A stretch of DNA of 32,982 nt from Rotaria socialis. Its lineage: Eukaryota. The translations under genes and the position numbers were made by a program. Positions within the stretch are counted from its first letter, which is position 1. The number at the start of each line of letters is the position of its first letter. The stretch is from assembly GCA_905331295.1 (NCBI GenBank), contig CAJNYD010000014.1, positions 310,001 through 342,982 on the forward strand. The letters are read 5' to 3'. The notes under the pieces were generated by a model, which saw only the letters and a list, made by a program, of their open reading frames with translations, ran no database searches and was not told where the DNA came from. Shown in pieces: positions 1 through 12,649 of the stretch.

Positions 1-141
1 GACAGAGAGGTGTGCATGTGTGTGTGTGTATTGAATATGATGAAATGCCATTAATAAACAAAAAAGAAGAGAGAAAAATTTTTTTTTTCTTAATTTTTAT
101 CAGTTCATTGAGATTCAATTTTGCGACTGTATTAAAATAGT

Positions 142-2178
142 TCAAGAATTAATTGGCGATGATATATCTTCATCATCTTCGGATTGTATTGATTGTGAAC
201 AACTATCAGGTTGTTCTTCCTGGTGTATTGTATCCTCTTCATCGACATTCGTTCGCTGTAATGATGAATTTGTTGTTGATGTTGTTGTATGTGTTGATGA
301 AACTGATGATGAACGACGTTGATTTACACTTGAATTATTTGTTTGACAATTATTTGTATTGGGTGGCAATAAACGTTGAAATAAATCCATTGTATGTTGT
401 TGATGAAATGCAGCGGCTACAGCGGCTGCTGTTGCTGCTGCATTGTTCATTAGTTGTGTTTGATTTGATGATGTTGATGATTGAATAGGATAATCATTTA
501 ATGATGCGTCATCATCACCCGATAGGTCTTCTAAAGGTAAACCACGTTCATGTTTTGTTAAATGTCGTTCAAGATTTATTTGTTGAGCAAAACGACGATC
601 ACATAGATGACATGGAAATTTCTTTTCTCGATTATGAATATTTCGAATATGTCGTTGAAGATTAGATGAAATTGAAAATGATCGTTCACAATATTTGCAA
701 CGATATGGCTAAAGCAAAAAGAAGATAAAGTTTAATAAACAAATCTCATTAACCAGAAGAAAGAAAAAACACACTTGTTCGCCTGTATGTGTTCGTAAAT
801 GTCGAGTTAAATTTGCCGAACGTGGAAATACTTTTCCACAATAAGAACATGTGTATTTATCCTTATTATTTAAACGAGTATTGAAATATTGTAATTTATT
901 TGCTGTTTGATGATGTTGCCAATTATCAAATGGATTATTAGTACTAATATTGTTGTTATTAGCATTAATATTATTATTATTATTTTTTGTTGCTGTTGTT
1001 GATGTGGCTGTTGTTGTTGTTGTTGATGATGATGATGATGATGATGATGTTTGAGGAAATGATGATATACTTGTTGATTGTTGATGATAAAATGTATTTA
1101 AATGTTTAATCATATCGAATTTAAAATTTGATTTTGTATTTTTAACATGATTTAATAATGAATCAACGTCATATTTTGATGATGAAAATTTTTGTTGATT
1201 TGATTCTGTTTGAATAATTGCAGGTGATTTTATATCACGTTCCGGTGATGATGATGATTTGGATGTTATAGGTGATTGATCAAAACGAGATTTTTTAACA
1301 CTTAAATCAAGTGGAATATCTTCATTATTGTTACGTTTACTAGGTTGCTCTTGTTTTGGACTATTGGATTTTGGTGTTGAAGAATTTGTTTTTTCTTCGA
1401 TTGAATTAGCTGGGGATAAATCATTGGAATTTGTTGTTGATGACGTTGGAAATGGATGAGAAAAGAATGGAGATAATGAACCATTAAGAAATGGATTCAT
1501 TGTTGCCAAACGTGGTAAATAAGGGAGTAGTGAATATGGAAAATTTGAATTCCATAACCAATTATTCATTTGTTCTTTATTTAAAGACATTGTTGGAAGA
1601 GGAGGAGGTGGCAGTGGTGGGGGCGGTGCTGCTGATGTTGGAATTGATAAAGGAGATTTTGAAGATGAATGGTTAAATGAAGTTATATCTCCGCAGAAAC
1701 GTCTAGATTTTTAAAAAGAAGAAAAAAAGAAACGAAAAGAAAATGAATGCCTTTTTTTCTTCAATTCTTTATGTTATCTTTACCGATGTTTATTAAGTGC
1801 AGCACTGTTCGAAAACGTTTGTCCACAAAATCTACATTTAACTTGTGTACGACAATCAGCATGCATTCGTTTATGTCGACAAAGATTGGAGAATTGTGTA
1901 TATGATTTAAAACAAACTTCACATTGAAATGGTTTTATTGATGAATGAATATGCATATGTTGTTTTAAACCACTTGTTGTAGCAAAAGATTTTCCACATT
2001 CTCGACAAGGATGATGATGATTATTTATTGAATTATTATTTTGATTTGAATTTTCTAATTCAGAATCAGAATTTGAATATTGAATACTCGGTGTATTATC
2101 GTCGTATGTTGAGGAAACCTTAATATAGAAATCACACAATAAGAAAACAAATGTACAATAGCGATTATGATCTATCAT
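142..2178 (-). CDS. MECOM: EVI1/MECOM/PRDM16-hamlet-egl-43 family C2H2 zinc-finger transcription factor. Exons 2118-1784, 1702-775 and 708-142; start codon uncertain.
   Basis: N-terminal fingers [58 protein letters not shown]. CtBP motif PLDLS at 1314-1300. C-terminal fingers [73 protein letters not shown] introns 1783-1703 and 774-709 keep the frame. Confidence 0.92.
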
Positions 2179-2202
2179 AATTATAATGAAAAGATGAATG
2201 AA

Positions 2203-2638
2203 AATAGACTGTTGTTATATGTTTACTTGTCTCCGATCTTCTGCTTTTTCTACCGTCAGTGCTACTTGTCAAATTCAATCATCGATGTTAGTACGGATGT
2301 GATAAAGACGATGCCGATGCCGATAGTCAACAATCAGCTCAGCTCAACTCACTCACTCATTCAATAAGAATAACATGAAAAGAATCTAAAATTAACTGAA
2401 CAATCGCGTTCTCGCTCTCTCTCTCTCTCTNAATAGACTGTTGTTATATGTTTACTTGTCTCCGATCTTCTGCTTTTTCTACCGTCAGTGCTACTTGTCA
2501 AATTCAATCATCGATGTTAGTACGGATGTGATAAAGACGATGCCGATGCCGATAGTCAACAATCAGCTCAGCTCAACTCACTCACTCATTCAATAAGAAT
2601 AACATGAAAAGAATCTAAAATTAACTGAACAATCGCGT

Positions 2639-2669
<31 letters not shown>
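2203..2669. repeat. Exact ~229-bp tandem duplication joined at a single N and ending in a (CT)n microsatellite; probable assembly artefact
   Basis: 2203-2430 is repeated from 2432 onward, with an N at 2431. Confidence 0.85.
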
Positions 2670-2774
2670 TTTTATATACATATACGTATATATATGTATA
2701 TGATTCCATCACGGAGGGACGGTGTCCCGTGTGTAATTATGTTTTTTCGTCCGTGCGTCGTACACAGGTGAGAC

Positions 2775-2874
2775 NNNNNNNNNNNNNNNNNNNNNNNNNN
2801 NNNNNNNNNNNNNNNNNNNNNNNNNNNNNNNNNNNNNNNNNNNNNNNNNNNNNNNNNNNNNNNNNNNNNNNNNN
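2775..2874. other. Scaffold gap (100 N)
   Basis: Run of N. Confidence 1.
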
Positions 2875-3642
2875 ATCTCTGGTGGAATCTGATTAGCGAC
2901 ATAGGGGCACAACATATCGCCGAAGCACTAACCAAGAATCAGGTAACTAGATTTTGAAAAATCTGTAAATACTCAGTATTAATACTCCCATTGGTTACAA
3001 ACAGACCTTGACAGCGCTGGATCTCGCTGAAAATCAGATTAGCGAGACAGGGGCAGAACACATAGCAGAGGCACTAATAAATAATCAGGTAACTAGCTTT
3101 TGAAAAATCTGGAAATACTTAGTATTAATACTCCCATTGGTTACAAACAGACCTTGACAACACTGAATCTCGGGTGGAATGAGATTGGCGACACAGGGGC
3201 ACAACATATCGCTGATGCACTAACAAAGAATCAGGTAACTAGATTTTGAAAAATCTGAAAATACTCGGTATTAATACCTCCATTGGTTACAAATAGACCC
3301 TGACAGCACTGTATCTCGGGTGGAATAAGATTAGCAACATAGGGGCACAACACATTGCAGATGCACTAACCAAGAATCAGGTAACTAGATTTTGAAAAAT
3401 CTGAAAGTACTCAGCATTAATACTCCCATTGACTGCAAATAGACCTTGACAATACTAGATCTCAACAGAAATGAGATTAGCAACACAGGGGTGCAACGTG
3501 TCACCCAGGTACTAGGTAATAATCAGGTACGCTTGTTGAGAATGTACGTGAAGTACGTAATCGTCATCTTTTTTTATGGAACCAGACTTTGAAAGCGATT
3601 GAAGAGAATAAGAATATGATCAGCAGGATTGGCTTGCAGTAG
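2875..3642 (+). CDS. 3' part of an RI-like/NLRC3-like LRR protein with one 28-aa LRR per 84-nt exon. Exons <2875-2942, 3005-3088, 3151-3234, 3297-3380, 3443-3526, 3586-3642.
   Basis: Exons translate to TLTALDLAENQISETGAEHIAEALINNQ, TLTTLNLGWNEIGDTGAQHIADALTKNQ, TLTALYLGWNKISNIGAQHIADALTKNQ and TLTILDLNRNEISNTGVQRVTQVLGNNQ. Phase-0 GT-AG introns of 62 nt (the last is 59 nt). Stop TAG at 3640-3642. The 5' end lies in the gap. Confidence 0.9.
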
Positions 3643-5748
3643 CATGCGTAACCAATGCAGCACAAGCAAATGGTATAGTTCGATTTTCATGGACCTGCTT
3701 CCTAAAAGCAGTTGTGAGTGCCTCAGGACAGTTTGAAAGTGTGGTTTGTCATAGTATTGGTTATGGATATTAGTGTAATGGGCTCTATCTTGGATGTGAA
3801 GCGGGTAACTATGGCACGACTTGTTGATTTTGATTCAATTGGATAAATAGCGAAGCGTTCATGCAATTATTATTATTTTTTTCTTGTGCTATGAAAAACA
3901 TATGGTGTGATTATTCTGGGCTAAAGATAGTTTAAACTTTTTCCATAAACAAAAATTAGATGAAAATGATCAGTGTACTTTAAGAGTATGTTTTCATGGG
4001 TATGAATGTGTGAATCTTTAGATTTATTTGCTTATGAGTCAAGATCTCCCTGGAATCTGTAGTCAAAACGGAATATACGCAATTTAGGTTTGTTTGATTA
4101 CTACACAAAGTTGTCAGTGGAGAGTTTTCTAGACAATGTCGTGGCCGACTATTTCACGTAGCTACTGTTACAGGAATGGCAGGACTAACCAAACAGAATC
4201 TATTGGCTTCTAACTTGCCTGGTAGACTTATTTCGGAAAAATGCTTTTACTGTATCTATGCATTGACTTACAGTATCGGTCAGGTTTGTTTTCAATAATG
4301 CTAGTTTCCATCATGTTATCGGTTGTTCTTTAGTTAGATGTTGTGAGTACGGCGTCTGCCAGCAGTGTAAAAATACTAAACTAGCTCAAAAATACATTGC
4401 AGCGTATATACAAATAACGGTTCCTGTAAATCAGATCGAATAATATCAACATTGCTTCAAGCTATAAATAACTTGGTATTGCCTGAAAGCGATAATGGAA
4501 ATTGAAAATGTTTGCTGTTTATCTTCTTGTGTAGCACAATTTCGATTTACCTCAGTTTTCTCGTCGGCGCAGTTCTTGCTTGAGGGTGTTCTTCTTCTCT
4601 TTCAAAAGTCAACGTAAAACCGCACACAAAAACAAGCTGTTGAAATAAAATCTAGCGTTTTCAGTTGACTTAAAATCTCATACTTAGACAATGAACTGAG
4701 TCGATTGATCCTCATTAATATGCACCCTGTATGGAATTTTTCGCCGTAGTATGATTTGCAATGGCTTGTTATAAATTGACTTCTTACTAATAATAATGAA
4801 TTGGCTTGTGTGGATTTATGAATAAAAATTTATTCATGTGAAAACGTTGAAAAAAATTCATAGAAAAAGATAGAACTCCTCTGAGTTAAATCCAATTGAC
4901 TTTGATCAAGCTGTTGTATTCCCTGAAAAAGGTTCGACATTCAAACGTTTTCTAATAGTTTTGTATCTTCTAATTACTAGTAATAGTTTTCGCTCTATAT
5001 TCAAAGAACTCACGTACTATATTGAGTTAGTTTATTTTTTTAATCTAAAGTTGTCGATATCAATATTCTTCTATTCCGTTTTTTGGACACTTTATATGAT
5101 ACAAATGAGAAGAATTTGTGTTGTTTGCCTTTATTAATATGCATATAGATATCAAAAATCTGTAAAGATTCAATTTCTTGTGAATCAACTGTCTAGTATG
5201 AAAATATGAAATTTACTTTACAAATACGATTTCTCTCCGTTTATTATTACAAAATGAACATTTATAGTTTAAGATTTGGTGAAAAAAGTATTAGTGAGCA
5301 ATGCACCTATGATTGAATGTACAAGAGAAAAGTGATTTTTAAAGTAAAACTATACATGTCAGAGAATAATTGAAAATAAAATGGAAGTTATCTATAAAAA
5401 TAACTGATTCTTAACTGAACACAATCTCTGAATATGAGATATGGTTTGATCCGGACAGTAATATACCAATAAACTAAACTCTCAATAAGCGGTAGGACGT
5501 ACTTCGTTGCCGATCGAGATGATTTAAGCTTGTAAAAATGTTTTAGGTGATAAGAATAAATCATAGTTATTAAACTCTATACTCATCGCATCGAATTAGC
5601 TATAATTCTAGAATAAAAAAATCTTATCAATCAATAAGCCTCCATATAAAGCAAAAAACGTAGTGGTACGAAATGATTATCTTCTTTTAGATTTTTATGA
5701 TGATTACTTGATAGCAGGGTTGCCAGCTGTTCAGGTTCTGCTCTACAG

Positions 5749-6456
5749 GATAAATCTCGTCATCCGCCATTACTTTGATTGCATTGAAAACACTTTTATG
5801 TTTTCTAAGTTGAATTCCACTTGGTTATATATTCGAAACAAATATGGTTACTACATTTTTAGCTGGTACTCAGGTTTCACAATATGAAGATAAATTTATT
5901 GATTTTTTGCCGTTGAACAATGACTCAATGAAAGACAGCAACAAGAATTTTTTTATCTTGTTTTGATTTAATATTTATCTTTTACTGAATAGATTATGCC
6001 ATTAAAGATTTATTAAAAATTTAGCTTTATTTCTATCGAATTTTTTAAAAGAACATGGCGTAATGATTGAACGTACATCTGACTTAAAAGAAACTTTACT
6101 TGAAGCATTACAGTGTCTTTCTTTTAAAACCTGAGGTTGAAGAAGTAGAAATATTTAAAATATATTTGGAATGTTGGAATATTGCAAGTGCTGAACTTTA
6201 TCGAGAAGTACCATTTCAACAAACAGTACCATTATATAGTCGAAATACAAATAGTACGCCAACACGTCGACAATTTTATGGTGTTATTTTATCAAAGGTA
6301 AAATTTCAAACAGCAAAAACTTTCATTATAATTTCTTTAAATTTCAACAAAATTAGGTTCGACGAAAACGAACGTAATGAAGCTGTACGAGAATTTATGA
6401 AGAATACTGATGCAATTAGTCTTTTCTCAAATACACACTCATCAATCTACAACTGA
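5749..6456 (+). pseudogene. XPO1: Exportin-1 (CRM1) internal fragment, degenerate
   Basis: LKTLLCFLS*IPLGYIFETNMVTT, AGTQVSQYEDKF, FIKNLALFLSNFLKEHG, EVEEVEIFKIYLECWN..AELYREVPF, RRQFY and ENERNEAVREFMKNTDAISLF match CRM1 in order. W>TGA at 5811-5813, frameshifts and internal deletions; intron 6298-6356 is retained. Confidence 0.85.
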
Positions 6457-6820
6457 ACAAAGGTAGAGACATTATTATCGAATAGTCAGCTGAAAATGTT
6501 TTTCTGTACAATTTTCATGAACGTTTTTTTACATTTACCTATTGTACAATTTATGTACGCTGCTTCTTTCCTTTTCATCGATATTTCTTCTGGTACTTTG
6601 TTCAACGTACTCTTTTTCTAAGTACTTTTTTCAAGTATGTTGTCTCTCAGTCACAGTTCCATTTGAAAAGTTACAATGTGTCAAAAACGTGCTGCGATTT
6701 CGTTTGTGAAAAAATCGATTTGCTAACTGTTTTCTAATAAACTGGAAAAGGCAATCAAGCCTAATACAGTGTAAATATTTATTTCAAGTATTCGATGAAA
6801 AACTATCGTAAACGATTAAA

Positions 6821-6868
6821 TCCAGTTAAAATACGACCGTATACGGAGTCCGTAAATCTTGACCTGGG
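6821..6868. mobile_element. Remnant of a CCCAGG...CCTGGG family non-autonomous element
   Basis: Ends in gacctggg and shares the aaatacg..cgtatacgga..cgtaaa motifs with the 28618-29378 element. Confidence 0.5.
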
Positions 6869-7600
6869 GTCCTCCGAGATGTTCTCATCGTTCTGTATGT
6901 AACTTTTGTATTGATGTAAGTTATCACTATGTATCAATAGAAAAAATATTTTTCTTATCGATTTTAAACATTTGATCATCATTGTCCTTGGTTAAATAAT
7001 TGTGTTGGTAGGTTTTGATTTGAATTTAAAAACAAAAAATAAAAATAATCTCTGTAAAACTTAATGTTACTATTAAATTTGTGATAAGGTCGTCGAAATT
7101 ATCATTGTCTTATTTGTTTTTTACTAAGTCTATTAACTCACGTGTTTGTTGTATTATTATTTTGTATATACTTGTATTATGTATTAAAAGTTCATTCAAG
7201 TATTGGAGATTTATCTTCAATAATATGTTTAATACTAATGATGCTTATTGTAAGGTTAACTATTCCAATTAGTGGTTCAACTAGTTTTCATATAATGCTA
7301 CTTTTTCGAGGAAGAACACCTAATGAACAAGTTACTGGAAAATTTAAATCAAATATTAATGCATTTGATTATGAATATTTATTTAATTTTTCAAAAATAT
7401 CTGCTGCCTCAAGACCACCAAAGCTAGAATTTTTCTCTTGTTCTTTTTATAATTATTTTTATTTAATTAAATATTTATAGATTAATATCTTCAAAAGGAT
7501 CTTATTCAAACGTAAAATAAAATTCACATGAAATAGAAACAAAAAAAGAAAATATTATAAATGGAAGAAATTCTGAAAAAGTTCTTTTTCTTGTTATAAA
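6869..7600 (+). pseudogene. ZDHHC5: ZDHHC5/8-type palmitoyltransferase, 5'-truncated pseudogene
   Basis: PPRCSHRSVCNFCID (6871-6915) | TFDHHCPWLNNCVG (6968-7007) | RRNY..LFLLSL...FHIMLLFRGRTPNEQVTGKF. Acceptor mutated to AA at 6966-6967, frameshift after RRNY, a Zn-ligand C>R change, TTNE>TPNE, and a downstream stop. Confidence 0.85.
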
Positions 7601-8216
7601 AATAAACTTTTCAAATAAAATATTTTAGACAAAACACATATCGATGGCTTTAGTGTAATAGGTAAAAAAATTTCTATTGATTAGGTTTTTGTTGTGTTAT
7701 TTTATTTTGTTCTAGTTAAAACACTTGGCGATATTAAAATGAGAAATTTTAATTTAATATCAATATTCGAAACCGATTTCAAATGTCAAATTAGTGGACA
7801 ATCAATTATAAGGATTTATTTCTCTTTCTGTCTCATTTATTTATTTATTTTTATCAAGATTAAAAAACAAAACAAAACAAATTTCTTACAACATCATAGA
7901 TGTCATTTCTTTCTTTTTCCCAATTTTCAATAAAAAAAAGTGAAGCAAATAAATGAAGAAGAATGCTTCTTTTTTATAATCAAAAATGCCTGTTTGCCAT
8001 TAAAATTTGCTTGTGTCAACATGATGCATAAAAATCGTTCTGATTAATTATATTGTTATAAAGAAGATTTATTTTTAAAATAGAATTGATTAATGCTAAA
8101 TATTCATTGTTTTCAATGTTAATTATTTAAAATGAATCTATTCGAAATACTAATAGCATTTCTAATCAACTATTTTTATTAGAAACCTTCGCAACCAATA
8201 CGAGATTGAATATTAG

Positions 8217-8465
8217 GGTAATCTCAACTTTGGTCGAAAGATAACAATGTAGAAAAATTTTAAAAAATGGTACTAATTTAAAGAAGCAAAACCATCTTAG
8301 ATGATACATAATTCAAAATCAACTCCCAATGGCAACTTCATGCATAAATTTTCCAAAGCGTATTATTCAATAATTTTAATCTCAGCTTTCAAATTTTTTC
8401 GAGGGTTTTTACTTCTCAATATATTTATCTTCAGATTTTTTTTTCGACCAAAGTTGAGAGAATCA
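8217..8465. mobile_element. MITE with 8-bp TSD AATATTAG
   Basis: Inverted repeat tctcaactttggtcgaaa at 8222-8239 and 8442-8459; AATATTAG at 8209-8216 and 8466-8473. Confidence 0.7.
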
Positions 8466-10856
8466 AATATTAGCATACTAACATGATGTCTATTGATAAA
8501 GAAATTCATTCGATTTTGTAAATATTCTTCATAGCTAAGTTTTATTCGGTGTTAATGCAAGAGGAAGAACGGAAAAATTGAAGATAAAATCTATACTCAA
8601 TTCTAGTCTTAAACAATAGCTACAAATATCTGAATTATTTAAACTTATTCTTTGTTTTTATTTTCAAATAATTAAATTCGAATTTGTTTTATCATAGAAA
8701 ATATTCGATAAGTTTCATTGTTTTCGAGTTAACATTGAATATTTGACAGAAATCAGTATATTCGATTTGATTGATAGCAATGGACTTTACTATATTCGAA
8801 GTAATAAAAGCTTTTCTCAAAAGATAAATTAGCCTGATCACCTGTTTAGCTTTATTTTGACATTTTATTTGAACACGTTACTTACATATCAACATGGATC
8901 TTTTAACAGAGAATCGTTGATGATAAATAAAAGGAAAAATTTTTGTTTCGAAACAATTATTTAATGCACATAAACAGAATGAAAATATTTATAAATTTCG
9001 GTTTCTTTTTTAGGCATGTCAAATCGAGAGTTTTCTTCGCTCAAAATGAATCGATATATTTATCTTCTATTATTGTTCTATATAAAAGAAAACTAAAAAA
9101 TTTTCACGATTTGAAATTCGAATAACTATCAAATTTAATAACAGACATCCAAGGTTAACCAAACAAAATATTTGAATATTCATTGAGATTTTGAAAATCT
9201 TTATTTGTTAATAGTAGGTTATTTATTTGATAAAATAATTGGAATAAAATTAAAAATATTTGTTGGTGCAATTAAGATGTCCCTTGTTCATTCGATCCAA
9301 TTTGTTAGTTTTCAATTAACATATATCAAACAAGAATAAATTTTTATATTGAAAGAAATCAATCAGCCAAGAGTTGTTCTTTATCAGCATTCGATATATC
9401 AATCGAAATGAAAATCTTTTTATTGAATTTACACTCAATTCTATTCTGATTATTAAGAAATGTTGGAAATAAACAAAATAATCATTTTCTCCATCAAGTT
9501 CTTCTCTTCCGATATAGAGAAATTCTTTCATACTTGTACATTTTTCTCTCTGGTACTTATATTTAATTATGTAAATATTATTGTCATTAAAAATAGTGCA
9601 ACACCGTAAAATTTCTTTTTCATTATTTAGTTTGACATGAAAGTTTCAAGAATTTTCATGCGATGTCAGATGAAAGTTATTCTTCATTGTCGGAAGCTAT
9701 TTAGCTGAGTTCAAATCTAACGAAAATCTATCATTTAGAAAAAAATTTTATTTTTCGAAATACTTTATCACACGGCTGAAACACTCTTTTCTCAGTTTCT
9801 TTTTGAAAAGATGCTCGAGTCGGGCACAACTTGAGTTCATCCACTGGATCGAAAACACGTTTATTTTGGAACTTCATAAGTTCCTCATCGAGCACCGGAC
9901 TCGACATCAATGATTCATTTGTAATTTTCAATGATGCGGAATTAATAATACCTATAACAAAACAAAAATGATTATGTAAAAACCCCAAGATAGAACGCTT
10001 TGAATCATAGTTTACGATGAGCTGGGGATCCCCTCCCCTACTCAAATTATTTTGCGTTATAGTTTTCTCCCTGGAAATTTTCTTTGTGACTTTGTAGACG
10101 ATTTTAATTTATTTCTAGATTGGATAAAGCCTACCAAAGGCAATCATCTAGTTTTTCCTTTATACGGATCTATTTTCTCTTTTAAATGGACTTATTTTCT
10201 CTTTAGGTTCGAACTATTTTCTCTTTATATTAATTTATATTCTCTTTCATAGGAACTTATTTTCTCTTTAAGTTCGAACTATTTTTTACAACGATCTATT
10301 TTCATTTAGATGATATTGTTCAAAACTTTTTCATGCTTCCAAGAAGAACAAAAGCTCGCAATATCAATATATACATTCAAAACAATTATGATGATAGCGA
10401 TGATGAGTGTGGTAGGCAAAACATGAAATAATTCTTCCAAGAACATTAACTTTGAAATTAGAATTTATGAATGTAAAAGGTTACGACTAGAAAAACAAAT
10501 TTTTTCTCACATATTTATTTACAAGAAAGCAGCAAAAAATTCTTTTCTTAACTGAATAAGAAAGCATTACAAATTCTAGCTAATAACATATATTTTCTGA
10601 AAAAAAATGCAAAACTGTTTCTCTCTAGTTTTGGGAGACTTTCTCTTTCACATCTTCCCTCCCCTCGCTAAGTAAAAACAAACGAAAACTATGCTTTGGA
10701 TAACTAACCTGTATACGTTTCAGCTTCGAACAAGTTGTGCAGATATTTATTCGGTACGATTCGATATTGTCGCATGCTACTGGTTTTCGTAACGATGTCA
10801 TCAATCTATAAACAAAAATGAATATTGTGCCATCGAAAATGGATAAGACATGCTAG

Positions 10857-11047
10857 CATGGGCTGCGGGAGTGGGTGTAAACCCCCCAATAATTGAAAAT
10901 TTTCATTTCTTTTCAGCAATAGAAGTAAATTTTCTGTACGTTTTTCGCTTTCTTTTGTTGAAAATACCCCTTTATACCCTTCCCCCTTCAATATTCCTTC
11001 CATCTCGCCTCATCTCTCCCAGTATTATGTAATTCGCGCGGTCCCTG
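10857..11047. mobile_element. hAT-type MITE, degenerate
   Basis: 8-bp TSD CATGCTAG at 10849-10856 and 11048-11055. Imperfect CAGGG termini. Shares aaccccccaata with the 17993 element. Confidence 0.7.
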
Positions 11048-11505
11048 CATGCTAGTGACCCTTATGTTGAAGTAACAACACGAGAAATATACATATGACG
11101 TTACATGCTTGTTTCAGTGATGTCTTTGTGCCTCATCTCTCAGAACATGTTTCGAGAGCGTCCAATGGCTTAAGTTTCTATTTCTGTTCAAAAGAGAAGA
11201 TTAGTCATGAATACTGATTATCGTCAGGAGTGCCGAATCAAATTAACCACTAGAATCATTATTTCTCGAGCGTGTACAAAAAGGACTGAGAATTCATATC
11301 CATCAATCCAACACTACTATTGTCTTTAGTCTAACACCAGCTTGAACTTGATTTCTCTCTGAATATCCAATTAATAGTTACTTTGTAAAAGCTTTCAATC
11401 TAGTGAAACTCTAGTAAGCAACACTCATCACTAATTTCTGGAAGCTTGAATGAAGATGAACTATTTGAAATTGCATGTGATTGATGATCTATTTTATATA
11501 CATAC

Positions 11506-12649
11506 GTGGAATTTTGGATGCGTGGCGCCATAGTGTTGAATTCGAAATCCGAAAATCAAGTGTTCTATTGCGTCTCCAGACTCCTCCATTAATATTCCTG
11601 TAAAAATGCAAGAAAAGAAAAAAATACGATATAGCATTTTATCAGAGACGGAAACGAATTATTTAAGTTCGATTCGATGTACTTTCTCAAATCTTTCATT
11701 TGATTCGATTTCCTCATTTCGTATTTAACTCAATTCGACCATTGTAACTTTCAATTAGATTCGGTTTCAATATCTGAAACCCATTAGATCCGTTTATAGA
11801 GTTACCACATGGTGTTACTTTTTCTTTATTCAGTCGACAGGCAAATTTAAAAAAAGCCCAGTGACCAATTTCGTGTAACATTGAAAATAAAACAATCGCT
11901 GCGTATTTTTCGAGATAATCTAAACTTCCAGACAATGTTGAACTTTCCAAAATCTAAATTAATAAAAAAAGAGAATAGAATAAAATAAAAATATCCAAAG
12001 CGTTCAAAAGATATTAGGCACCAGAACAGTTTTAAAGTTTAGATTATGAAATTGTGTTTCATATAAAGGTAAATATTCATGAAAATTCGAACCCGGAAGC
12101 AAGTGTTGAGGTGTTCTCTGCTCAATTCTGATGTGTGATATCGATCGACAAACTTAATCATATATACATATAGGATTGAAGTTTATATACCAATACTAAA
12201 AGGACATTGGCATTACTTGTTTATTCACGTAGATAATGTCTTCATCGGCTAGAGATTTTCGTCCGTTATACAGACCATAGGCTGAGCAATCATTAACAGC
12301 ACCCAACTGACTATCTTCTTGAAATATAATTGTTGGCAAGTTCGTCTCAGTAAATACTTGATTTATTTGACTTAATATCGATTGAGGTTCATCGTTCTAA
12401 ATAAAATAAAAACAAGACAAAATGCCGCATTAACTTGATTTGTATTTAGTCTACTGGAAAATCGTATCGATATTCTTCGATTGGAGTAAAATGAGGAATG
12501 AAGTTTTTCTGTAAATGACGGTTGCGTAAAATATTTGTTAATGCAGTTAGTGACATTTTTATTATCGGATAGTGATCCATCAAGTCATCGGAAATTCCAA
12601 GGTGAAATAAATGGTTTTTCAAATCCAATTCCATACTATTATTTGCCAT
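11506..12649 (-). pseudogene. HExxH zinc-metalloprotease-like gene, probably frameshifted. Exons 12649-12455, 12396-12217, 12152-12022, 11953-11806, 11597-11506; the 3' end is degenerate.
   Basis: Spliced product contains MLHEIGHW...KVTPCG|ILMEESGDAIEHLIFG. Exon 3 is 131 nt between two phase-0 sites, implying an indel. No clean terminal exon was found. Confidence 0.6.

Noticed and set aside
153..488. 111-aa plus-strand ORF
   Set aside because: Antisense shadow of the low-complexity last exon of the zinc-finger gene.
2203..2669. Tandem duplication of the putative promoter/5' exon
   Set aside because: The copies are identical and joined at a single N beside a microsatellite, typical of an unmerged contig overlap.
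2875..3526. Regular repeat/spacer pattern resembling a CRISPR array
   Set aside because: The repeats are GT-AG introns and the spacers are homologous LRR exons; the context is eukaryotic.
10165..10290. Short ctattttctcttta repeats
   Set aside because: Low-complexity minisatellite without definable element boundaries.
11180..11230. CTGACGA on the minus strand as a second hammerhead
   Set aside because: No convincing stem II, GAAA or stem III arrangement.
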